This document shows positions 1 to 6,983 of a DNA stretch of 14,684 bases, in pieces. The notes below the pieces were generated by a model. That model was not told the DNA's origin. It was given only the letters and a program-made list of their open reading frames with translations, and did not search any database. Source of the stretch: Promethearchaeota archaeon (GTDB lineage: Archaea; Asgardarchaeota; Odinarchaeia; Odinarchaeales; JBHLKK01); contig JBHLPL010000002.1 of NCBI GenBank assembly GCA_048939465.1, positions 37,708 through 52,391 on the forward strand. Reading direction: 5' to 3'. Each line of letters begins with the position of its first letter. The stretch's first letter is position 1. Made by a program: the position numbers and the translations under genes.

Positions 1-90
1 TTACTTTTGCTTTGGTTACTTTTGCTTTGGTTACTTTTGCTTTGGTTACTTTTGCTTTGGTTACTTTTGCTTTGGTTACTTTTGCTTTGG
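1..90 (-). repeat. Perfect 15-bp tandem repeat (plus strand TTACTTTTGCTTTGG) x6, encoding TKAKV on the minus strand
   Basis: Six identical units counted directly; the array runs off the window start. Confidence 0.97.
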
Positions 91-142
91 TTCCCTTGTC
101 CTTCTCCGAATCAGAGGGCTCTTTCTTAGTTTTTTTGACCAT
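1..142 (-). CDS. 5' portion of the gene downstream of rps4, most likely uS11 with a basic repetitive N-terminal extension; truncated at window edge
   Basis: Not in the ORF track. ATG at 142-140, preceded by SD-like AGGAG, reads MVKKTKKEPSDSEKDKG(TKAKV)x6 to the window end without a stop. An alternative in-frame ATG lies at 160. Identity rests only on the conserved archaeal order rps13-rps4-rps11; no S11 core is visible. Confidence 0.55.
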   Translation of the reverse strand, partial: MVKKTKKEPSDSEKDKGTKAKVTKAKVTKAKVTKAKVTKAKVTKAKV

Positions 143-197
143 TTTACTCCTTTCCTCCATCTCTATCTTCTTGGATGATACTTCTTCATATCAGTCG

Positions 198-749
198 TCA
201 TTTAGACTCCTTCGAGATTTTCGCTTCTTCAGAAGCGATGGATAGCCTTATGGGATGGTCAGAGTCACCATAAGGACTCTTAGGGGCATATCCTATTTTG
301 TCATCTTCATCAATAGACACTATATAGCCAGGCACAGTGATTATTTGGTCTCCAATAGCTATATGGCGATGGACAATTAGTTGACGTGCCTGATAGGGTG
401 TCTTCGCTAGTCTCTTCTGATAGACGAGTGTCTGAAGTCTTCTTTCCAGCATATCCTGCGTTGTTAAGCTTAATATACTGTCAAGAGTGGCACCCTCACG
501 TAATAGTCCTAGACGCTCAACCTTAGCGAGAAGTTGCTCTTCTCTGATAGCGCGCTCCTCAGGAGAAAGCCCTAGCAAACCACGAGCTCGGCTTCTTAAT
601 CCTGCTATTGCAGTTCTATGCTTCCATATCTCTTTTTTATTCTTTAAGCCGTATTGACCCACGAATACTAGTTCTTCCTGTAGTCTGTCCTTTTGCCAAG
701 GATGACCTGGTTTTGCGTATTTCTTTCTTTGCTTCTTTGGATCACCCAC
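198..749 (-). CDS. rps4: 30S ribosomal protein uS4
   Basis: MGDPKKQRKKY..P.HPW, YGLKNKKEIW and ERRLQT motifs. GTG start with GAGGT SD. Follows rps13. Confidence 0.97.
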   Translation of the reverse strand: MGDPKKQRKKYAKPGHPWQKDRLQEELVFVGQYGLKNKKEIWKHRTAIAGLRSRARGLLGLSPEERAIREEQLLAKVERLGLLREGATLDSILSLTTQDMLERRLQTLVYQKRLAKTPYQARQLIVHRHIAIGDQIITVPGYIVSIDEDDKIGYAPKSPYGDSDHPIRLSIASEEAKISKESK

Positions 750-777
750 ACCGTTCTACCTCAATTCCTTTTTCGCC

Positions 778-1263
778 CTACGCTTTCAGTGTCTTACGTT
801 TCACACCGACTGTAATACCTTTTCTTCCACTTGTTCTGGTTTTTTGTCCCCTAACCTTTAGCCCAAGGCTATGACGAATTCCTTTCCAGCTTTTTGACCG
901 CATCATTCTGTCTATGTCTTCCTTTTGAGACAGTAGTATGTTAGTGCCAAATACGTGTTTATCTTCTCCAGTTACTGCGTCCCTTTGACGGTTCAGCGTC
1001 CAGGCAGGTATCTCGTGTTTCTTGGGATTCTGAAGTACTTGTTCAATTCTCTTTGCCTCAGCTTCGGTCAGTGTTCCTAACCTTTGGTCGGGATCAACTT
1101 GAGCCGTACGTACGATAATGTGAGCTAATCGGATATTTATTCCTCTAATCGTAGTCAATGCATATGGTACTTTCTTTGTTCCGTCCAGATCTGTTTTCGC
1201 TATTCTAATAACTGGGCGTATCTTAGTAGGTATTGATGAGATCGAAGAGGACTCTTGTGTCAT
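778..1263 (-). CDS. rps13: 30S ribosomal protein uS13
   Basis: IRIAKTDLDG, ALTTIRGI, P.W.LNRQRD..TG and KGIRHSLGLKVRGQKTRT motifs. Confidence 0.97.
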   Translation of the reverse strand: MTQESSSISSIPTKIRPVIRIAKTDLDGTKKVPYALTTIRGINIRLAHIIVRTAQVDPDQRLGTLTEAEAKRIEQVLQNPKKHEIPAWTLNRQRDAVTGEDKHVFGTNILLSQKEDIDRMMRSKSWKGIRHSLGLKVRGQKTRTSGRKGITVGVKRKTLKA

Positions 1264-1316
1264 TTAGTTCCCCCCAAATAGGTTCCGACATCGTGTTGTA
1301 ACCGTTACATGCGAAA

Positions 1317-1332
1317 TATTTAAATCATTCTG
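1317..1332 (-). promoter_or_regulatory. Candidate TATA box (TTTAAATA, 1324-1317) with purine-rich BRE-like upstream sequence, for rps13-rps4-rps11
   Basis: Archaeal TATA consensus match about 55 nt upstream of the rps13 ATG, inside the tRNA-rps13 spacer. Confidence 0.55.
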
Positions 1333-1389
1333 TTTTTGAGAACGTTGATATACGTAGTTTTGAAAGTTTTTGTGGCGCGGGGAACGGGA

Positions 1390-1414
1390 ATCTCGTGAGA
1401 GTTGTGGCCCTCAA
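1390..1414 (-). other. 25-nt non-canonical tRNA intron at position 59/60 (T-loop)
   Basis: BHB: central helix TTCG(54-57)/CGAG, bulges AA|T and AT|T, intron helix TGAGGG/CTCTCA with a 6-nt loop. Removal restores the TTCGAAT T-loop. Confidence 0.88.
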
Positions 1415-1449
1415 TTCGAACCCGTGCGACTCAAACTGAGTCACAGGCT

Positions 1450-1465
1450 TAATGGTTTTTCAAAT
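1450..1465 (-). other. 16-nt canonical tRNA intron at position 37/38
   Basis: Intron ATTTGAAAAACCATTA. Relaxed BHB: central helix TTGG/CCAT (one U-U mismatch), bulges AG|A and TA|A, short TTT/AAA intron helix. Confidence 0.85.
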
Positions 1466-1544
1466 CTCCAAGCCTGCGCCGTAACCACTTGGCTACCCCC
1501 GCCGCTCAGAATTCTCGATAGTCTCATAATAATCCATAGATTAT

Positions 1545-2561
1545 TTATTCTTTCGCTTTAACTTCTTTTGACTTCCAAAATGAAGGGTACGTTCCTAATG
1601 GCATTACCACTCTTTCTGTTTTGACGACAAGACCATGATCTGTTTCAAGGATTTGTTTGGTTGTCTTCAGAGCTCTCGCTAAAGCAACAAGTTCTTCTTT
1701 TAATGTGAAGATCACCACAAACATGCCGGGTTCTATGCCTGCCTCAATCCTCACGACGCCCGGTGCCGCCAGATGGGCGCCGTGACATATTGCATCTACA
1801 GCTGTATCTCTAATAGTGATTTTAGGCACGTGTGAAACAGCATTCTCCACAGGTAATACGATGTCTCTCAGAGGCTGCTCCATCTTATCCTCTTTCCAAA
1901 ACTCATAAGCATCCATCAAATCATGAAGCGTAGCCAATGACTTGTCTTCTTTGAAAGGGCCGCTCCTAGTTCTTCTCAATTCCTGCATATGAGCGCCACA
2001 GCCGAGAACCTCCCCTATGTCGTGAACAAGCTTTCTAATATACGTTCCAGCCTGGCACCCCACACGTAATAGAACATTCCTGTTTTCAATCTCCAGTACG
2101 TCTATGTAGTAGATTGTTCTTGTTCTGAGTCGCCTTTTAACCGATGAACGAAGTGGCGGACGTTGATAGATCTTACCTTGAAATTCCCTAACAGCTTCAG
2201 TTATTCTTTTATCCGGTTGTTCTTTGTGTAACCTCATAATCGTTACATATTCCTTAGCAGACCCGAGGAGCACTGGGATTATCTTTGTTGCATTCATCAA
2301 GGCCACCGGGAGTATTCCAGTTACCTGAGGGTCAAGTGTCCCACTATGCCCTGCCTTGGACATCCCAAGTATTCGCTTTAGCCAAGCGACGACTTCGTGA
2401 GAAGTTGGGCCAGGAGGCTTGTCGAGATTGACTACCCCGTTCTGGAGGAGTCGCTCTATACTCCTCTTTTGGGGCGGGGTCCCATATTTCGGATCAGTTA
2501 CAGCATCTGTTCTAACAATCACCTCTCTTCTCTTGTCACATGGCAGCTCCCTTTTTTCCAA
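1545..2561 (-). CDS. cbf5: H/ACA RNP / tRNA pseudouridine synthase Cbf5 (TruB family, C-terminal PUA domain)
   Basis: NLDKPPGPTSHEVV, catalytic GHSGTLDP, CQAGTYIRKL and ELRRTRSG motifs; PUA-like AVDAICHGA. TTG start. Confidence 0.96.
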   Translation of the reverse strand: MEKRELPCDKRREVIVRTDAVTDPKYGTPPQKRSIERLLQNGVVNLDKPPGPTSHEVVAWLKRILGMSKAGHSGTLDPQVTGILPVALMNATKIIPVLLGSAKEYVTIMRLHKEQPDKRITEAVREFQGKIYQRPPLRSSVKRRLRTRTIYYIDVLEIENRNVLLRVGCQAGTYIRKLVHDIGEVLGCGAHMQELRRTRSGPFKEDKSLATLHDLMDAYEFWKEDKMEQPLRDIVLPVENAVSHVPKITIRDTAVDAICHGAHLAAPGVVRIEAGIEPGMFVVIFTLKEELVALARALKTTKQILETDHGLVVKTERVVMPLGTYPSFWKSKEVKAKE

Positions 2562-2657
2562 GATAATAGCCTCAGAGACTATCTATCACATAGAAACATC
2601 ATTAATTGAAGATGAAGAAACTATTAAAAAAACTGTTATTTATTTAGCGGTCAACAG

Positions 2658-2942
2658 CTAGGCCAGTTCAATCTGTATCGGTGCTTTCATATAATCCAGT
2701 TTTCCAGAACTCTCTATAGCTTTTTTGACTTCTTCATCAGATGCTCCTTTTTTGATATCTATCTTATCTGGAGTTAATTCTACATGGGAAGTGTTGACTC
2801 TCCTTCTTTTGACATCGGATACGTCTTTCGGTCCCGTTATGAGTACAAAGTTTTTGTCAATTAGTTCCACAATAACACACTTTCTGCCAGCTTCCCGTCC
2901 CACGGTTTTTACACACACGCGTCCTACTTCAAGGATGGCCAT
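2658..2942 (-). CDS. rpl14e: 50S ribosomal protein eL14
   Basis: GRVCVKTVGREAGRKCVIV..ID.NFVLITGP motif. Start moved to ATG 2942, which has GAGGTGA SD 8 nt upstream. Confidence 0.94.
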   Translation of the reverse strand: MAILEVGRVCVKTVGREAGRKCVIVELIDKNFVLITGPKDVSDVKRRRVNTSHVELTPDKIDIKKGASDEEVKKAIESSGKLDYMKAPIQIELA

Positions 2943-2973
2943 TCTTACTCTCACCTCTTCTTCGCATCTTCAC

Positions 2974-3549
2974 TCAGCTTGACGATCCACCGATCTCTTT
3001 TCCTCTTCTTAAAGGAGAGGAAACGTATTCCCGAACTGCAAATTCAAGTATTCTCGTGGTGGCATCAGCCGTGTATACGCTCGTATTTAGGATTAGATCA
3101 TAGATTTCATAATCTTCTATATCAATGTCGTATAATTCCCTGTACCGCTTTCTTTCACTTTCTTCTCGAAATATGGTTTCATTTTTGACTCCGGAAGGGG
3201 ATCTGCTTTCTCGCTCAGCAATACGTTTTATTCTAATTTCGAGCGGGCAATGTAGCCTTATTCTGTAAGCATCCAAGTCTTTGGTCATCCAAGCAACCAA
3301 GCGTCCTTCCAAGACTACGTCACCCCTTCTGGCCTCTTCTCGCATTTTCTGATCCAGCTCAAGATCTATTTTGGTATCTCTTTCAGCCTTTTTGCTAAAT
3401 TGTTCTATCGTAAGATTCCTCTCTTCAGCCAGTTTTCTAAATATCTTCCCGGCGGAAATATAGCGTAGCCCAAGTTTTCCAGCCAAGCTCTCCGCATTAA
3501 CCGACTTGCCTGTTCCAGCAGAACCACTTATTGTTATCACCGGGACCAT
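2974..3549 (-). CDS. cmk: Archaeal cytidylate kinase
   Basis: ITISGSAGTGKS P-loop, ISAG.IFR, VLEGRL and RIAERE motifs. Conserved position after rpl34e. Start reassigned to ATG 3549 because the ORF-track extension overlaps rpl34e. Confidence 0.92.
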   Translation of the reverse strand: MVPVITISGSAGTGKSVNAESLAGKLGLRYISAGKIFRKLAEERNLTIEQFSKKAERDTKIDLELDQKMREEARRGDVVLEGRLVAWMTKDLDAYRIRLHCPLEIRIKRIAERESRSPSGVKNETIFREESERKRYRELYDIDIEDYEIYDLILNTSVYTADATTRILEFAVREYVSSPLRRGKEIGGSSS

Positions 3550-3551
3550 AG

Positions 3552-3842
3552 TCACAAACCCTCTAAATCCGTGTAGATTTGAGATATTTGAGATTTCAAG
3601 AGCATTTTCAGACATTGATGACATAGATGGCCTCCATATTTTCTACTTGCGCGTTTTTTGGATTTGGGCATCTTCGTAAGCCCTGCGGGTGACAGGCGGG
3701 GTGTTCCTGAGACGGGTCTTTTACATATTGCGCATTTGGATACAGCCGGTTTCGGCTTTAGATAGTGTATTGAATCTCTTCCTCCCGGCAGCGGAGCCTT
3801 TCTCCTCTTTAGCGAGCGAGAACGTTGGTAGGGTTTTGGCAT
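3552..3842 (-). CDS. rpl34e: 50S ribosomal protein eL34
   Basis: MPKP..RSRS, PGGR...HY, CxxC (CAIC) and YGG.LCxxC motifs. Confidence 0.93.
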   Translation of the reverse strand: MPKPYQRSRSLKRRKAPLPGGRDSIHYLKPKPAVSKCAICKRPVSGTPRLSPAGLTKMPKSKKRASRKYGGHLCHQCLKMLLKSQISQIYTDLEGL

Positions 3843-3866
3843 TCCTGACCACCTTCTTTCATATTC

Positions 3867-4412
3867 TTAATCGCCAGACAGTCCAAAGATTCTGTTTATG
3901 ATCGGGGAAAATGTAAAGCTGCATATACCATACCAGAAAATGAAGTAAAGACCATACAGATTAAGACCAGGATCCTTCGTTCCAAGCATCCCACCAAGAA
4001 ACGGGATGTGTTCCAGGTTTGCAGGAAAGTAAGTGACCACACCTGAGAATATTCCTGAAAATGAAATCCCGAGAAAGAACGCGATACTGGGAACTATGGT
4101 GAAAATAAGAGGTTTCATCCTATCCTTTGACATTTTGGCCGAGATCTTTTGTATATACTTTCCTTTTCGTCTCAGTCTGACTATGGTTTTCATATCATCC
4201 TGGAGTTCGGCTTTTTTGATAGCAGCACGCCATTCCTTTACCTGCCTTGAATATCGCCTCAATTGCTTTGTGTCGATCAGCAATGTCCCAATTAAACCCG
4301 AAAATAGAGCAAATGCAAGGGAAACCAGTAATAAAAATATCATCGAACCGGGAGGACTCCTTATCAAATCTACAAAAGCAGGCATAAACTGGGTAGTGTG
4401 GACTGATAACAT
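3867..4412 (-). CDS. DUF106 / EMC3-TMCO1-like (Oxa1-superfamily) membrane protein
   Basis: TM helix, then a basic coiled-coil region, then KPLIFTIVP and further TM helices, ending F.WYGICSF...IINRIFG. Conserved position between adk and rpl34e. Confidence 0.85.
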   Translation of the reverse strand: MLSVHTTQFMPAFVDLIRSPPGSMIFLLLVSLAFALFSGLIGTLLIDTKQLRRYSRQVKEWRAAIKKAELQDDMKTIVRLRRKGKYIQKISAKMSKDRMKPLIFTIVPSIAFFLGISFSGIFSGVVTYFPANLEHIPFLGGMLGTKDPGLNLYGLYFIFWYGICSFTFSPIINRIFGLSGD

Positions 4413-4435
4413 CGTTACATCACCTATCCGATTTA

Positions 4436-5029
4436 CTATTCAAGCATTAAAACCTGAACAAGCTCCTTTGCTGCATCCTCTGCTTTTCCTGGGGGATTGC
4501 CTATGATTTTGACTGTACAACCATGCATCAATATGCACATTGCTGCTGACCTACAGAGGTCTTGATGTAATTCTATTAGAGCAACTGCTTCGTCGTCCCG
4601 TTCTCTTGTCTCGTCATCAAGACGTCGCCTAACTATTCTTTTGGGATCTGCCTCAATGAGCACAATTGTGTCAGGTTTTAGGGGATCCAATACCCATTCA
4701 GGAATCCCGGCAAGAAAACCCAAAGGGGTACTTATCAGCATATGGGTATCAACGATTATGACTCCTTCATGTGACCCCCGCCTAATTGACTTTGCAGCCT
4801 GTGCTTGTAGTTTTCTTTGAAGCTCTATTGGGAGTCTTCTCATCTCATCTCTATTCTCAGCTAATCGCTTTTTCTTAGCCAGCTCAAACATTGCAGTTCC
4901 ATAATTAGCCAAAGTAACCGTTCTTCCCCGCTTTTTAGCCATCTCAATAGCATGATCGACTACTGTCGATTTTCCGACGCCTGGAGTGCCGCATACAACA
5001 ACTACTTTGGCTTTTTCACCTTTTTTCAT
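4436..5029 (-). CDS. adkA: Archaeal-type adenylate kinase
   Basis: VVCGTPGVGKST P-loop, NYGTAM, RDEMRRL, VDTH and RR..D.TR.RD motifs. Directly downstream of secY. Confidence 0.94.
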   Translation of the reverse strand: MKKGEKAKVVVVCGTPGVGKSTVVDHAIEMAKKRGRTVTLANYGTAMFELAKKKRLAENRDEMRRLPIELQRKLQAQAAKSIRRGSHEGVIIVDTHMLISTPLGFLAGIPEWVLDPLKPDTIVLIEADPKRIVRRRLDDETRERDDEAVALIELHQDLCRSAAMCILMHGCTVKIIGNPPGKAEDAAKELVQVLMLE

Positions 5030-5041
5030 ACATGCACCTGC

Positions 5042-6457
5042 CTAAGTTGATCTTCCCAATATTTGAGCTAGGGCACCAGCCTGCTCTTCGGCAATGGTAC
5101 GCAGGTACTGAAATGCAATACCTACTGTTAACAGTACCCCCATTCCAGTCCCGAGAGCACCGAGAAAATCTGCAAACACGGTTAGGAGTCCTACGAACAT
5201 GCCACCAAGTATAGTAACCGTCGGTATGTAACGGCTTAGAACCTTTTCATAGATTACAGGAGATCGTCTGTAGCCAGGTATCTGCAATTCAGAACTCAAT
5301 AACTGTTGAGCTACGTCTCTTGAAGTGATTCCAGAGACTTCTACCCATATCACCGCTAAACCAGCACAAAGCAACACGAATATACCGAGATATATGAAGG
5401 CATGAAGCGGATCAGCAGTGACACTGTTTGCTCCGATCAAACCACGCGGAGGCGTCAAATAATATACGAATCCACCTGTTGGAACTACTTGTCCTTCAGC
5501 TGTTGTCCTAAACGTTCCAAATAGGTTAAGCCACACATTGTTATTGTCGGGGTTGAAGGCAGACCAGACTCCTTGGGAAACGAGTAGAACATTTGAATAG
5601 ACTGCCTGTACAAGGATGACCGGAATGTTGGAAACGTATAGAAATCTAATCGGGTAACGACCTGCGTAACCTCTATAACGCGCTAGCTTCAAAGGGATTT
5701 CTACACGTACAGTCTCGAAGTAAACAACCAGAACCACGACCAGTACGGTGGCAAGAAATCCTATTATATCAGGAGAATTTTGACGGTATATGGCTCCCAG
5801 GGGATTGCCAGCGATTACTGATTGGACGAGGGCCAGGACTGCGCCACGATAGAAACCGTCAGCCTCCAATACCGGGGAGAACATGTTCCAAAAGATTTGG
5901 CTTGTGACGCCAGCCATTATGAAGAGACTTACTCCGCTTCCAAGACCCCATCCCTTTTGTAGCATCTCATCCAGCAATATGATTATTATTCCGGCAAAGA
6001 ATAACTGAAGAAAAACACCAACTGCCAATTCAAATGTTAATGCACCATAAGCACCAAAACCTATGTAGGCAACTGCCTGAAATCCAGTCATTATTATTGC
6101 CAAAACCTTTTGAGTACCTGTGAATAGCGCTCGATCTACAGGGTCTGCGAAGTTTACCTGAATTATCTTAGATCCAGCGAGTATCTGCAGAATCAATCCA
6201 GCAGTTACTATAGGCATGATTCCCAATTCAACGAGAGAACCTCTGGTCGATGCAAAAAGCACTCGCCACCAATAAAGATAATCAAGACCACCCCCCCTTT
6301 CAACGCCCCAGAGGGGTATATTTGACATTATAAGATAGATTAGCAGCACTAGGAGAGTCCAGAAAAGCTTTCTTCCAAATGTGACTTTCTTTTCAGGCGG
6401 CTTCACCTCTGGCATTATCCGTATCAGTGGTGTGAACACACGAAGGAACCGTCCCAT
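5042..6457 (-). CDS. secY: Preprotein translocase SecY/Sec61alpha
   Basis: Multi-pass hydrophobic protein of 471 aa with ELGIMPIVTAGLILQ, KGWGLGSGVSLFI, YPIRFLYVSNIP and GTGMGVLL motifs. Confidence 0.98.
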   Translation of the reverse strand: MGRFLRVFTPLIRIMPEVKPPEKKVTFGRKLFWTLLVLLIYLIMSNIPLWGVERGGGLDYLYWWRVLFASTRGSLVELGIMPIVTAGLILQILAGSKIIQVNFADPVDRALFTGTQKVLAIIMTGFQAVAYIGFGAYGALTFELAVGVFLQLFFAGIIIILLDEMLQKGWGLGSGVSLFIMAGVTSQIFWNMFSPVLEADGFYRGAVLALVQSVIAGNPLGAIYRQNSPDIIGFLATVLVVVLVVYFETVRVEIPLKLARYRGYAGRYPIRFLYVSNIPVILVQAVYSNVLLVSQGVWSAFNPDNNNVWLNLFGTFRTTAEGQVVPTGGFVYYLTPPRGLIGANSVTADPLHAFIYLGIFVLLCAGLAVIWVEVSGITSRDVAQQLLSSELQIPGYRRSPVIYEKVLSRYIPTVTILGGMFVGLLTVFADFLGALGTGMGVLLTVGIAFQYLRTIAEEQAGALAQILGRST

Positions 6458-6496
6458 TGTTAGACCCTACCGTTTTTGGCTCTCTTATTAGAGATA

Positions 6497-6508
6497 ATTA
6501 TTAAAAAA
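6497..6508 (-). promoter_or_regulatory. T-run / TATA-like element (TTTTTTAATAAT) immediately after the rpl15 stop; possible terminator or internal secY promoter
   Basis: AT-rich element in the 53-nt rpl15-secY spacer, about 40 nt upstream of the secY ATG. Role ambiguous. Confidence 0.3.
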
Positions 6509-6510
6509 CC

Positions 6511-6954
6511 TTATGTGTCTTGGATTATCTTACCCCCAGCCGCCTCCATCTTTTTCGAGACAAGTTTACTAAACTTGGATACTGTAACAACCAAAGGCCG
6601 CGTTATCATCCCATCTCCCAGGAGTTTATCGTAGCCAAGCTCTGTCAAATTCACAAATATCTCTTTCTCCTTCTTCTCGGCTGCTTTTTCCTCAAGCAAG
6701 TTGTCTATCATCTGATCGAGTTGCTTCAGATTTATCGTTTTTGGTTTCTTAATCAAACAAGGAGGTCTTTTAAAACCATGTTTGCCAAAATAATTTGGCA
6801 TGTAGCGCAGTATATACGATTTACCGTGTTTTTTCCTGCCAGCTGCCCCTTTCCCACCGCGTTTTCCTGCTTTCCTGTGCTGACCCACACGACCGTAGCC
6901 GTGCGTTCTTGAACCTCGCCTCTTATGTGTCTTCTTAGCAAAATGGATGGTCAA
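6511..6954 (-). CDS. rpl15: 50S ribosomal protein uL15
   Basis: RGSRTHGYG, RGGKGAAG, YFGKHGF, INL..LD and KLLGDG motifs. TTG start with GGGTGA SD. Confidence 0.95.
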   Translation of the reverse strand: MTIHFAKKTHKRRGSRTHGYGRVGQHRKAGKRGGKGAAGRKKHGKSYILRYMPNYFGKHGFKRPPCLIKKPKTINLKQLDQMIDNLLEEKAAEKKEKEIFVNLTELGYDKLLGDGMITRPLVVTVSKFSKLVSKKMEAAGGKIIQDT

Positions 6955-6983
6955 TTTTTGTCACCCAGTTATTGGCTTCCAGA

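Larger units (their letters stand above)
1373..1502 (-). tRNA. tRNA-Ser(GGA) with encoded CCA, long variable arm and two introns (37/38 and 59/60)
   Basis: Folded by hand. Acceptor GCGGGGG/TCCCCGC, discriminator G, CCA at 1375-1373. D-arm GCC..GGC. Anticodon stem CAGGC/GCCTG with loop TT-GGA-G|A. Variable arm GACTC-AGTTT-GAGTC. T-stem ACGGG/CCCGT with loop TTCGAA|T. A tRNA-Ser upstream of rps13 is a known archaeal arrangement. Confidence 0.93.

Noticed and set aside
1-90. Terminal direct-repeat arrays (also 14575-14684) as CRISPR or telomere-like elements
   Set aside because: There are no spacers, unit lengths are multiples of 3, and both arrays lie in open frames at positions expected for r-protein genes.
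163-201. ATGA-overlapping micro-ORF after the rps4 stop (MTTDMKKYHPRR)
   Set aside because: It has only 12 codons, is out of frame with the downstream gene and has no other support.
12-245. Plus-strand ORF with hydrophobic (VTFAL)n repeats that looks like a membrane peptide
   Set aside because: It is the antisense reading of the TKAKV repeat, overlaps rps4 on the opposite strand and has no RBS. The minus-strand frame has an SD and fits the operon.
1457-1463. TT-TGA-AA inside the 37/38 intron resembles a second Ser (UGA) anticodon loop, suggesting alternative splicing to two isoacceptors
   Set aside because: It would need two additional flanking splice sites, and I found no BHB pairings for them. 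The single-intron GGA model explains the sequence.
1545-2561. Possible BHB intron in cbf5, as reported for some crenarchaeal cbf5 genes
   Set aside because: The ORF is continuous, with normal length (338 aa) and intact motifs; no insertion is evident.
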